Shown here one piece after another: positions 39,301 through 48,129 of a DNA stretch of 64,000 bases. Below the pieces are notes generated by a model. It was not told where the DNA came from. It did no database searches and saw only the letters and a list, made by a program, of their open reading frames with translations. The stretch spans positions 32,001 through 96,000 of IMG/VR virus record IMGVR_UViG_3300047200_000500; one strand, given 5' to 3'. This DNA is from a virus. The translations under genes and the position numbers were made by a program. Within the stretch, counting starts at the first letter, position 1. The number at the start of each line of letters is the position of its first letter.

Positions 39301-39758
39301 ATTTGGAATCTCTTATGTATGATTCTATCATTAGTGATAGAGACTTAATAAAGAAATACCCTGGCGATATTCATGACCATAGAGTTGTTGATTTGTTCGC
39401 TGGCGGCAACTGGTTCATTGGCTATGGATATTTCTCAACAATAGGTGGAATGTATACCGTAGCCGCTTGTCATGAGATATATTATAATATAACTGGAAGT
39501 GTTGTTGGGTACTCTGGAGATGGATCTGGATTAACGGTTTCATTTTATGATAAAATAACATCAGATCTCTTATTCTCAGTTACAACAGTAATTGGTGGAA
39601 CATTTTCAGCAGTTTGGTATGATAACACAAGAGACATTGTATGTGATGTATACGATACTGGCTTAAATAAATATGCAAAAAGTCCACCTGGATTAGCTGG
39701 AGTTGCACCATTTGTTTGTAATTTGAACAGCGGCACTACTTCGTATGCATTTTTATAA
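36366..39758 (+). CDS. large beta-rich virion / fibre protein with three EYWNGSxW modules
   Basis: TWEYWNGSVW, IYEYWNGSTW, IWEYWNGSSW, each followed by W...(T/A)V....Y.IR; rich in Thr/Ser/Asn. Confidence 0.7.
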   Translation: MPDFKTLVYSLTKDASLGNFQFLSSSNTASDILLNNGANWSNQTANITPQSSVAVNILNIAGINYGAVGAVWYFGSTAKFDTLDIQFSNNTSTNATRTTTWEYWNGSVWTVMDQTGSTARVTASTGAFAISNATIIQLKFHPDIYNNWLTTTVNGGSALYYIRCTIGVAAFTTAAFSNISIWDHYTNFGFNNFDKVYTTVDDVAFTDVTLVARSTTTGAFTFISNTTNARFYIGLDSDNLSGFRVTLSTAGTTGTGIYEYWNGSTWTALSYEWFGLLTTGNADLVNLKTTSSGFIIFKGSPAGWVTSAVDGVTKYWIRYRVTLAYVTQPIFSSLIAFKDRTLTRTVYIPETSNRSFKSVFAKIHFYNPLTTSLGRFIIQGRLGSGSYIPATIGTSNAPTGTFSSVDGKLFSTTSNDAVFTDETSDASTSGGNDVTVTNTVNSNIYFGFPNDVKWKNNVISLAITPNNLFDGGVVIWEYWNGSSWTAFTPIVVNADISLNQKANTVINVQIPLISNWVSNTVNSFTGYFIRRRITTIYSTATTWSRVSFNLPITNETQWTNTGENNSNGLLVDLTSLFTSQFSGVSQQLDLKVAMESVNGILGDFPIMSGELYITYAADNQITRIKTVIIPLDSSASVLTGTLTSIGSNQIPQLSTYLPEALKTIRNFYIVFTGEDCCSVGLSTEFAMRLDSDAARYTWGQFSSGLTGNLVKYIFTKDDIATGSTHDIQMAITARNTSVKNWQMYAVVTYEYDSFATERVINSLMLPFETSSTFLSQDNPLLPEKVRKSFYIQEPGIIDNERIGCYLSFTDLANPFLNIKEMNEANFTAVSWIAPSTTCGGFRYSWRLPSQNLSRGLNTIGVDMYGNAKASAEPSCAYTCGYFLVNYRSDIATTGIESHNKMIMCMAAVQNMNIRANRGNNNLTNPFTNWFLNDFGLIGEFYQVTNPNTSVSIDNRFSIENTVNTLNTRAILGIGGGLQDLESLMYDSIISDRDLIKKYPGDIHDHRVVDLFAGGNWFIGYGYFSTIGGMYTVAACHEIYYNITGSVVGYSGDGSGLTVSFYDKITSDLLFSVTTVIGGTFSAVWYDNTRDIVCDVYDTGLNKYAKSPPGLAGVAPFVCNLNSGTTSYAFL

Positions 39759-39790
39759 AATGCTCAATCCACACTAATAAAATTTAATTT

Positions 39791-40204
39791 ATGGCGGTAA
39801 TTATTAAAAATAAGCTTTTAGTTATAGGGAATAATGTATTAGTCCCAGGCCATGAACCATTGTCTGAACAAACAACCAACAATTTAACTATAGCATTACA
39901 AGGTATCAATTCTTTTCTTCCAACTAGTGTTGCTTTGAATTTAATTCCAGGATCTAGAGTGGTAAAAGATCAGCTTAATTTTGGAACATATGGAAGTGGG
40001 AAATATTTTGAATTGCCTAGTGGCCCACCACCTGATGGTTCATGTCCAACAAAATGCATAGAAGATTGGTACAAAATTTTAAGAGATGCAGCTAGAATTG
40101 CCACTAGTGAATATAATGGATCAGATGAATGTGATTCATATAATACAGATTCGTGTGATACTAATGACTATTTTGCTGACTTAGATCCAGCGAAGAGGCC
40201 ATAA
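39791..40204 (+). CDS. hypothetical virion-region protein
   Basis: 137-aa ORF coupled to the gp14-like gene. Confidence 0.6.
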   Translation: MAVIIKNKLLVIGNNVLVPGHEPLSEQTTNNLTIALQGINSFLPTSVALNLIPGSRVVKDQLNFGTYGSGKYFELPSGPPPDGSCPTKCIEDWYKILRDAARIATSEYNGSDECDSYNTDSCDTNDYFADLDPAKRP

Positions 40205-40815
40205 TGCCAAACAGCAGATTTGATTTTGATGACGAATTGCAACAAGCATATTCTTCGTTGCAAAATGCTAATGATCATCGTACTGATGCTCAAAAAGATA
40301 ACAGCAAAGTTGCTGTTTATGATCATAGTAATCCAGAAATTGCCAATATGGAAATGGAGGCATTAAATTTGGTTCAAGATTCTGGTGCTCCTACTTTAAT
40401 TTATCTTCGTTCTGATGATACTGGACAGACTGATGAGACTTATAATGAAACATCAAATCCGATTTATTTGCCGCCAGTTTTAGTAAAGGCAATGTATAAA
40501 CCAGAAAGCATTACATTGGTTAAAGTAAAATGGGGAATTGATGCTGATGCAAAGTTTAAAATTCATTATTCGCGTGCATATCTTCTTGGACTGTTTGGAT
40601 CTAGACTGATAAGAAATGGTGATATCATTTCTGTACCTCATAATACTCTTATACAAACACAGGCTACTGAATTTTTAGAAGGGAAAATCAATCGTCTTGA
40701 TAAATTTAGAGTTGTGCATGCTCAAGATACTGGAAATTTTAATTTTAGATGGTTATATTGGACTTGCGATGTTGAGCCATTAAGTGGCGATATTGCAATA
40801 AGGCCATCAACTTAA
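40204..40815 (+). CDS. neck / head-closure protein (gp14-like)
   Basis: DE.YNE....IY..P..V.A.Y, KWGID, R.GDII; position before the gp15-like gene. Confidence 0.65.
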   Translation: MPNSRFDFDDELQQAYSSLQNANDHRTDAQKDNSKVAVYDHSNPEIANMEMEALNLVQDSGAPTLIYLRSDDTGQTDETYNETSNPIYLPPVLVKAMYKPESITLVKVKWGIDADAKFKIHYSRAYLLGLFGSRLIRNGDIISVPHNTLIQTQATEFLEGKINRLDKFRVVHAQDTGNFNFRWLYWTCDVEPLSGDIAIRPST

Positions 40816-41069
40816 TGTCCACAACATCAAACTGGAATGATGTTAGGCAGGGTGTCATCAATGCGATGGCTTCTCATCAAAATAATTTTAAAACCAAAGC
40901 TTTAGCTAGTGTAAAAAACAAGCTTGATGCAAAGGGTATTAATTCGTCTGTAAATGGTAATTCGGTTGAAGCAACGGCTTCTTCTGCTGCTGAATATGGT
41001 ATTGGTAAGGTTTATTTTGATGAGGTGTTCAAAGATATTAATAACCAATCATGGGTTGATAGCATATGA
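40815..41069 (+). CDS. hypothetical protein
   Basis: 84-aa coupled ORF. Confidence 0.6.
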   Translation: MSTTSNWNDVRQGVINAMASHQNNFKTKALASVKNKLDAKGINSSVNGNSVEATASSAAEYGIGKVYFDEVFKDINNQSWVDSI

Positions 41070-41992
41070 CTATTCATCAGTTTAATTTTAATCAAGGCCA
41101 AGAAAAGTTGGATCAATTTATACCAATTACTTCAAATAATGAAAATGAATCAACTAAACCACTTGGTTCTCCTGTTGGTAATGATGACAGAGATGATCTA
41201 TACTATGGTAAAGACGAACCTCAATTAGCTAGTAATTTTGTAGATGACCCTATTGATATAAACTTTGTTGAAGAAGTAAGAGAATTAAATGAACCAGGAT
41301 TTCATTTTATTGATGCCGCAATTAAAAATTATTTTAGTGGTATAAGAATACCAGTTAATAAAGGAACAGAAAAGTATAGAATGATGGGTGTCAAAATTTC
41401 TGGTGGAGAAGCGTCAACATTAATAATGTCTGATAAGGATATAAGGGGTGGAAGATTATCATTACCTATAATGTCCATCACTAGAACTGGAGAAAATCCA
41501 GATCCAAAAAGATATTCTCCTGCTCTTCTTCCTATTAATAGAAGATATCGCAATAATGGAAGAAGAGTGGAATTAATATATAGACCAGTCCCTTATTTGC
41601 TTGATTATGCATTAGAAATTTGGACAGAATTTAAAAGCGATGCTGAACACGCTATTTATTCGATACATTCAAGATTTAATCCATTAGCGTCATTTCATTT
41701 AAATGACGCAACTGGAACTACTTTCGAATTAATAATGAAATTGATGAGCAGTTCTGATAGTAGTGACTTGGAAGCAGATTCGACTACTCATGCTAAAATA
41801 AAAAAGACAATCAATATTCAAGTAGAAGGTTGGGTACCGTTACCAACCAAAATTGTTCCAACTATTCTTTCTAATCCTATTTCGATTAAAGAAGGAATTG
41901 GCATACTGGGCGGCAATAACCTAACATTGTCAAATGATGGCCAAATTCGATATGGTGGTGAAACGTACTTAGTAGAAAGAGACAAAGGATAA
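41066..41992 (+). CDS. tail sheath stabilizer / tail terminator (gp15-like)
   Basis: LPIMSITR, RPVPYLLDYALEIWT, I.SRFNP, I.VEGWVP. Confidence 0.8.
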   Translation: MTIHQFNFNQGQEKLDQFIPITSNNENESTKPLGSPVGNDDRDDLYYGKDEPQLASNFVDDPIDINFVEEVRELNEPGFHFIDAAIKNYFSGIRIPVNKGTEKYRMMGVKISGGEASTLIMSDKDIRGGRLSLPIMSITRTGENPDPKRYSPALLPINRRYRNNGRRVELIYRPVPYLLDYALEIWTEFKSDAEHAIYSIHSRFNPLASFHLNDATGTTFELIMKLMSSSDSSDLEADSTTHAKIKKTINIQVEGWVPLPTKIVPTILSNPISIKEGIGILGGNNLTLSNDGQIRYGGETYLVERDKG

Positions 41993-41995
41993 AAG

Positions 41996-42394
41996 ATGAC
42001 TGACATGGCAACTCCTACTAAAAATCCTCTTTCTATTAGAGAAATTCGTAAGATTAAGAATGATAAACGTCAATTAGAAGTTGATAAATTGAGAATATAT
42101 AATATAACAAGATTACAAACTATAAATATCCAGATGTATGGCAAGACTTCCAGGTTGGTTCCATATCAGCAGTCAATACAAATTGCTCCGGGACGCCATG
42201 TTGATATTCCAACATCAAGACTGATGAATGAACAAATAACAAATTTAAGAAGAAGTGGTTTTATTCGTACAGTTAAAGTAAATTCTAAAGATCAAAAGAT
42301 TGAATTAAAGAATGATAGTGATAACAAAGAGGCTTTATCTAATATTCCAGATAAAGTAAAACCAAATAAGTTAAAGAATAATAAGAAGTCATAA
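41996..42394 (+). CDS. hypothetical protein
   Basis: 132-aa basic ORF with AAGGA RBS. Confidence 0.6.
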   Translation: MTDMATPTKNPLSIREIRKIKNDKRQLEVDKLRIYNITRLQTINIQMYGKTSRLVPYQQSIQIAPGRHVDIPTSRLMNEQITNLRRSGFIRTVKVNSKDQKIELKNDSDNKEALSNIPDKVKPNKLKNNKKS

Positions 42395-42417
42395 ATAATC
42401 TTGTTAAAGCTTTAAGT

Positions 42418-42443
42418 GCAGCCCTGGCAATAACCAGGGCTGT
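42418..42443 (+). terminator. hairpin terminator before the sheath gene
   Basis: gcagccctgg-caataa-ccagggctgt followed by gtcgttt. Confidence 0.7.
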
Positions 42444-42519
42444 GTCGTTTGTAATGTTCTCTGACAAAAATATTCATGGCAAAGATACATTAACTTAATC
42501 AGACCAACCGGAGTAAATA

Positions 42520-45459
42520 ATGGCTACCTTCCTCTCGCCTGCCGTTTTCGTAAATGAGATTGATCTCTCAGCTTTACCGGCTGGTTCATCGGGGATAATC
42601 CCAGCTTTTCTTGGCACTGCAAGCAAGGGAATTTTAAATAAAGTTTATTCAATATCGAATGCTCAGCAATATATTGATACATTTGGTAATCCATTTCCAG
42701 AAAGTTTCCTTGGTTATGCAGTTTTGGCCTACATGGAAGAAGGCAACCTCGCCTATGTAATGCGTGTTGGTGTTGAATGTGAAGATGGCCAACCCCAAGA
42801 ACTTTCCAGTGTTTGCATTGATACATCTGGAAATTTTGGTCATGGATGGGGACGCATACCACTCTTTAGCGGTATAGATTTTGGCAGAATCAATACTAGA
42901 ACTGCTGGTACTAATGGCTGGTCATTCCATGATGCATCTGTTACATTCGTTGAATTTAATGATGCAGTAGTTGATGTTGGTACTGCTGGTCCAACCTCAG
43001 CTTCATTGACATTCGTTGGCTCTGATTATGTCGGGTCAACAGATGACAGCTTTTTACTTTTAATCACTGGTAAACCAACTGTTACTGGTGGGGCACCAAT
43101 AAATGGTGCCACTTATGTAATCATCAGAGCTTCTGATGGTGCCACAGTGGCAAATGGCACTTTAACAGAAAGTGTTACTCCTGGAACTAGTGATAATATT
43201 CTTGTTGTTGATGGCGTAGTAGCTCAGATTGTCATGGGTTCTGCTGGCCCATATCAGACTCTTGATATTAACGATAGTTTCAGATTCTCAGTTGTACCAA
43301 ACAATCGTAATTTCTCGGTTCGGATCGATAATGAAAGTCCGTTAAATGTCAATGTTCATACAATGCCTATCGCAACATATACCACTGCTGCTAGTCTTGC
43401 GGCTGCGATAAATGCAATAACTGGCATGTCTTCAGAAAATTTCTTAGTTATTGATAATGGTGATGAAAGTGCGACATTACGCACAAAGATTGCTGGCCAG
43501 ATGATCCAATTATGGAATTATGCTGAAGGCACTGAAACCACAGTTGTTCCAAATTACCCTGCAGAAGCTTTTGCCATTGAAATTGGACAAAGTTTATATG
43601 CATTTGATATTCCACGGTCTAATTTAATTGGCACTCAGACTGGGGTGTTTAACATATCCAGTTCCAATAATGTGGTGACGATTGAATTAAACGATACCAG
43701 CATTACTCAGTTCACTGCAACTTTACCAACTGGTCTTGGATTACCACCATCAGTAATAGCATCAGCCATAAATGCTGCTGCAACTATTCTTGGTGATACT
43801 CTAGTTAGATCATATGCTCTTACGATTCCTGGTGGTGATCAAGTACTTGTGATCGAAACGGTTGACGCTCATCGTTTCGGTACTATTAAAATGCTGGCTG
43901 ATGGTTCTCATCCAAAAACTCTTAATTTTGCATCCCAGGTCGGCATCCAATACCCATATACTGAATCATATCGTGGGTTTAGCGATTCTCGTGTAGAATT
44001 ACCTGCTGGTGGTGAGGTTACTCAGCAAGAACCTCTTTCTTGCGAACAATATGCTGGCGGAGATGTAACTAAAGCTGCTCAATGCCAGATCGATAGTGAC
44101 TATTATGGTAATGTGGTTGGATGGTTTGTGGCTCCTTCTCCTGGTACTTGGGTAGCTGGTTACAAGATTAATATCAGCATATTCAAAGGATCAAATGTTC
44201 CAGCTGGCAGATATGAGATTACTTTAAATGATGCCAATGGAATAGTTTTAACAAGACTGCAAAATGTGTCATTTGATAAGCGTGATACTGTCAATTACAT
44301 TGGTGTACTTGTTAACCCAAATGGCCTTGTAGTTGACCAAACCAGTGATGTCGGTGGAAATGAATACCTCCGCTGGATCGATCGTCCAAGTTACCTCAAT
44401 AATGATGTGAATGATCCCAGCACATTTGAGGTTCGTCAACCTGCCCAGATATACAACAAGTCATTTGATGGCCAAGCTAACGGAATTCCGACAGATCCTA
44501 TTTTCTCGACGGAACTTGATCGTGCGATAATTGGTAACCCAGCCGATATGACTGGTATCTATAAATTGGCAAATCCAGAAATGTATGATATCACGTTGAT
44601 GATCACTCCTGGTTTCAGCAGTGGTGCGGTGATCACTACTGCTCTGTCAGTTTGCACCCAGCGTGGTGATTGCTTCTATATAGTTGATTCGCCATTCGGT
44701 CTTACTGCGCAGCAGGTAGTTGATTGGCACAATGGTCTGCTCTTCACTGATCTGCGTGTTGCTCTTGACAGCAGTTATGGCGGCTTATACCACCCATGGA
44801 TCAAGATATTTGACCAATACAATGGTGGCAATATTTGGGTACCACCCTGCGGCCACATTGCTGCGGTCTTTGCTCGTACTGACCGTGTGGCCGAGATGTG
44901 GTTTGCACCTGCTGGTCTGAACCGTGGTCAATTCATTACTGCGCTTGATGTTGAAGTAGAACATCCACGTGGTGATCGCGATCTGATGTATGGTTATGGT
45001 AACGCTGTCAACCCAATCCTTAAATATCCTCAACGCGGAATTTACATCTGGGGCCAGAGAACTCTTCAACGTAAGAATAGTGCTCTCGACCGCATAAATG
45101 TCCGTATGCTCTTGATTGCCATCAAGAAAGCTCTTGCTGGCCCTCAGGGATTACTCAATGAGTACCTCTTCGAGCAGAATGACAGAATCACTCGCCAGTT
45201 AGTCAAAGGTTCAATAGACAATTATATGTCTGATGTTGCTGCTCGTCGTGGTGTGACTGCCTGGAAGACGATCTGTGATGATAGCAATAATACTGCTATA
45301 AGAATAGATCGCAATGAACTCTGGATTGCACTTCTGATGAAGCCCACTCGCGCTATCGAGTTCATTGTTTTAAATGTTGGAATAATGAGAGATGATCAGA
45401 GCTTCGTGGCTGAAGAAGTACTTGCTGCAGTTGGTGTAACAACTGCCGCAGTTGCCTAA
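42520..45459 (+). CDS. contractile tail sheath protein (gp18-like), enlarged
   Basis: FLSPAVFVNEIDLS, GTASKG, FGNP, RGDC..IVD.P, SSYG..YHPW, WFAPAGLNRG, VNPI, WGQRTLQ...SALDRINVR.LL, FEQND..TR, KPTRAIEFI; GGAG RBS. Confidence 0.97.
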   Translation: MATFLSPAVFVNEIDLSALPAGSSGIIPAFLGTASKGILNKVYSISNAQQYIDTFGNPFPESFLGYAVLAYMEEGNLAYVMRVGVECEDGQPQELSSVCIDTSGNFGHGWGRIPLFSGIDFGRINTRTAGTNGWSFHDASVTFVEFNDAVVDVGTAGPTSASLTFVGSDYVGSTDDSFLLLITGKPTVTGGAPINGATYVIIRASDGATVANGTLTESVTPGTSDNILVVDGVVAQIVMGSAGPYQTLDINDSFRFSVVPNNRNFSVRIDNESPLNVNVHTMPIATYTTAASLAAAINAITGMSSENFLVIDNGDESATLRTKIAGQMIQLWNYAEGTETTVVPNYPAEAFAIEIGQSLYAFDIPRSNLIGTQTGVFNISSSNNVVTIELNDTSITQFTATLPTGLGLPPSVIASAINAAATILGDTLVRSYALTIPGGDQVLVIETVDAHRFGTIKMLADGSHPKTLNFASQVGIQYPYTESYRGFSDSRVELPAGGEVTQQEPLSCEQYAGGDVTKAAQCQIDSDYYGNVVGWFVAPSPGTWVAGYKINISIFKGSNVPAGRYEITLNDANGIVLTRLQNVSFDKRDTVNYIGVLVNPNGLVVDQTSDVGGNEYLRWIDRPSYLNNDVNDPSTFEVRQPAQIYNKSFDGQANGIPTDPIFSTELDRAIIGNPADMTGIYKLANPEMYDITLMITPGFSSGAVITTALSVCTQRGDCFYIVDSPFGLTAQQVVDWHNGLLFTDLRVALDSSYGGLYHPWIKIFDQYNGGNIWVPPCGHIAAVFARTDRVAEMWFAPAGLNRGQFITALDVEVEHPRGDRDLMYGYGNAVNPILKYPQRGIYIWGQRTLQRKNSALDRINVRMLLIAIKKALAGPQGLLNEYLFEQNDRITRQLVKGSIDNYMSDVAARRGVTAWKTICDDSNNTAIRIDRNELWIALLMKPTRAIEFIVLNVGIMRDDQSFVAEEVLAAVGVTTAAVA

Positions 45460-45498
45460 TTTAACAAGCAAACCTAAGTTATCAACGGAGAAATAAAC

Positions 45499-46014
45499 AT
45501 GCCAGGATTTAAAATAGGCGGCTCAGGTGATCCTGCCGTTTCTACGATTGAATCACATCGTAAGCATCGTTGGCTCTTTTCAGTAATATCTGGCGGATCA
45601 GATGTTACAAAGAAAGAATCAGTATATTTATCAAGTGCTCAACGCCCACATGCTATCATTGATGAAGCGATAATGCACCATGATCAGGAACAGGTCTATT
45701 TTGCTGGTAAACATCATTGGGATCCAATAACATTAGTATTCTATGATGTTTATGGTGAAGGGGAAACCAGTAGCGCTATTTGGAAATGGTTAAACAAGGG
45801 TGTTGATATTAAGAATGCCACTGCTGGTCTTGCTGCTGATTATAAAAAGGATAGCACTCTTGAACTGAATGATGCTAAGGGCACTGCGAATGAGACATGG
45901 AAGATCTATAACAGTTGGGCCATTGATGTAAATTATAATGATCTTGATTACAGCAATAGTGAGATTGCTACTATTGACGTAAGCATGAAATACGACAGAG
46001 CAGTAAGAGAGTAA
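45499..46014 (+). CDS. tail tube protein (gp19-like)
   Basis: RKHRWLF, AQRP, YFAGK..WDPITL.FYD, YKKD..L, E.W......W, LDYSNSE......MKYDRA. Confidence 0.92.
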   Translation: MPGFKIGGSGDPAVSTIESHRKHRWLFSVISGGSDVTKKESVYLSSAQRPHAIIDEAIMHHDQEQVYFAGKHHWDPITLVFYDVYGEGETSSAIWKWLNKGVDIKNATAGLAADYKKDSTLELNDAKGTANETWKIYNSWAIDVNYNDLDYSNSEIATIDVSMKYDRAVRE

Positions 46015-46053
46015 CAATATTTAATTAGGTGTTAACAATATTTAATTAGGTGT
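46012..46053 (+). repeat. perfect 21-bp tandem duplication (taacaatatttaattaggtgt x2)
   Basis: 46012-46032 = 46033-46053, beginning at the tube stop codon. Confidence 0.95.
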
Positions 46054-46055
46054 TT

Positions 46056-46089
46056 CAATTGAGCCAGCCTTAACGGGCTGGCTCAATTG
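46056..46089 (+). terminator. intrinsic terminator after the tail tube gene
   Basis: 14-bp stem caattgagccagcc / ggctggctcaattg followed by tttgt. Confidence 0.88.
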
Positions 46090-46130
46090 TTTGTATTCAT
46101 CCATAGAGTAATTATGACAAGGAATTTAAA

Positions 46131-47066
46131 ATGAGTAATGAACTTCCAGATGTTGTAAAAGAGAATGCCGCTAAATCAGCGCAATTAAATCAACCACAAT
46201 ATGATGTGTTAGATGAGATATTGAAGAAATCAGATGATTTTTTCATGCCATGGGAAAATGTTGAACTTCCCAGTAAGGGGATCTATTATAGTAATATGCC
46301 AAAGGGTATCATTAAAGTTAGACCAATGGGTATAGATGTTGATAAAATGATGGCTAATCAGAGAATAGTGCAAAGTGGTGATTTACTTAATAAGATAATT
46401 GAAGCATGTGTACAACTTCCTGATGGCATGACTGTTCAAGATCTTCTTGCTGGTGATCAATTCTTTTTACTTTATTATCTCCGTGGTATAACTCATGGCT
46501 CAGATTATGAGTTTGTTACTGATTGTCCGCATTGTGGGGTTAAGAGCACATATGATTATAATTTAAGTGATTTATCTAAAACTATTAAGGGACCAAATCC
46601 TGAATATCCAGTTGAACCAATGAGCGTTGAATTATCATTTATTAGTGGTAAGATTGGTAAGAAAGTGGAAGCACTTGTCAGATTAGTTAGAGTTAAGGAT
46701 GTTAGTGCAATGTCTAAGGGAAATAATACTGTAATAGATCCGTTAAGAAGAGGAAAAGCCAGAGTACGTGGCCAAGGAGCACCAAAAGTATCAAAACAAG
46801 ATGCTGATGATCTTTATACTAAAAATATATCTATGACTATAGTTGGATTTAGAGTTGACGGGATTGAATTTAAAGATGATAGAAAGTCTCAATTAATAGA
46901 TAAATTGCATCAGAAAGATTCTGCCACTATACGCGAGTTTATTGATTCTGTTACACCTGGTATTGATACTTCTGTTGAAGTAACATGTCAGAATGAAGAA
47001 TGTAAGAAGGATTATAGTATCAGTTTACCGTTTGGTGAGAACTTTTTTCGCCCATCTAAAAAGTGA
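46131..47066 (+). CDS. gp26-like baseplate hub / tail assembly chaperone
   Basis: VELPSKG.YY, VRPM, L..GD.FFLL..LR..T.G..Y, CPHC, D...IREFI....PGID, C...C, FFRP end. Confidence 0.8.
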   Translation: MSNELPDVVKENAAKSAQLNQPQYDVLDEILKKSDDFFMPWENVELPSKGIYYSNMPKGIIKVRPMGIDVDKMMANQRIVQSGDLLNKIIEACVQLPDGMTVQDLLAGDQFFLLYYLRGITHGSDYEFVTDCPHCGVKSTYDYNLSDLSKTIKGPNPEYPVEPMSVELSFISGKIGKKVEALVRLVRVKDVSAMSKGNNTVIDPLRRGKARVRGQGAPKVSKQDADDLYTKNISMTIVGFRVDGIEFKDDRKSQLIDKLHQKDSATIREFIDSVTPGIDTSVEVTCQNEECKKDYSISLPFGENFFRPSKK

Positions 47067-47274
47067 AGCATTAGAGTCTCAATACTGGGCAATTTGGGAA
47101 CATATATTCCTAATGAAGGAATATTGCCATTTTAATTTATTTGAACTTAAAATGATGACAGGCGAAGAAAGAACATGGTATATTAACAGATATAAAGAGG
47201 AACAAGAGAAGAGACAGGCAGAGGAACAAAAGGCACATAAACGCTCATCCCCGCCGAATATTAGGCGGAGATGA
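47044..47274 (+). CDS. gp51-like small chaperone module, possibly a frameshift extension of the preceding gene
   Basis: YWAIWEHIFLMKEYCHFNLFELKMMTGEERTWYI; +1 frame relative to the upstream gene; first ATG past the upstream stop is at 47113. Confidence 0.65.
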   Translation, partial: FFAHLKSEALESQYWAIWEHIFLMKEYCHFNLFELKMMTGEERTWYINRYKEEQEKRQAEEQKAHKRSSPPNIRRR

Positions 47275-47289
47275 TGCAAATATAATAGT

Positions 47290-48129
47290 ATGAGTGATAG
47301 ACTTAATGCGTCTGTTGGCGGAAGTGTCGCTTTAAATGCGGCGTTTGCCAATAATGGTGTCCCTACTGACCCATATACTATTCGTGCTGTGAGGATTTAT
47401 AAGCAGTCGGTAAGAGAAGAAAATAAAGTTTTAGAAATATTAGTACCGCCACCTGGATCAACTGATTACCAATCTGTTTTTGATTCATTATTTCAAAGAG
47501 TACAAGATCCAACTGTTAGTGAAACTGGTGTATGTGGAACTGATATTGGTCCACATTATCTTCCAGGGGCATATGTATTGAATCTTAATTTGCCATGCGA
47601 TACATTTGAAGCTGGTGTTTATTTTGATGTCTGGTGTTTTGTTGGAGATCTAAATTGTTATACTGATCAGAGTGTTATTAACTGGGATGATGAGTCAATG
47701 TGGACTTGCCAGTGCAATAAGTTTTTTCTTAGTTCAGCCAACAATTGGCAAATGGATGATGATTTAACTAATATTAGGTTAGGATTTGACCCACTTGATT
47801 CAAAATTTATTCAACCAGAAAAGAGAATGTTAGAAGTTGGCATGATGCCTCTACCTTTATATGATTACGATTATAAGAAATTAGCACCATTAATACCTGC
47901 TTTAAGAGGTAAAATAACTATTGAAACTCAAAATTGTGAAACTATTGTCAATGATGCAGATATGAAAATTGGTCTCAGATCTGGCTCGTACAGATCAAAT
48001 CCATATGTGTTAAAATATTTACTTGATACCTCTAAATTCTTTAAAGGAACTTATAAATATAGAGTTTCAGTAGGATTACCTAATGGTGAGACTCGTGTTT
48101 CAGACAACTTTTATTTTACGGTGCGCTAA
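47290..48129 (+). CDS. hypothetical virion structural protein
   Basis: 279 aa, beta-rich and Cys-rich, within the morphogenesis cluster. Confidence 0.6.
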   Translation: MSDRLNASVGGSVALNAAFANNGVPTDPYTIRAVRIYKQSVREENKVLEILVPPPGSTDYQSVFDSLFQRVQDPTVSETGVCGTDIGPHYLPGAYVLNLNLPCDTFEAGVYFDVWCFVGDLNCYTDQSVINWDDESMWTCQCNKFFLSSANNWQMDDDLTNIRLGFDPLDSKFIQPEKRMLEVGMMPLPLYDYDYKKLAPLIPALRGKITIETQNCETIVNDADMKIGLRSGSYRSNPYVLKYLLDTSKFFKGTYKYRVSVGLPNGETRVSDNFYFTVR

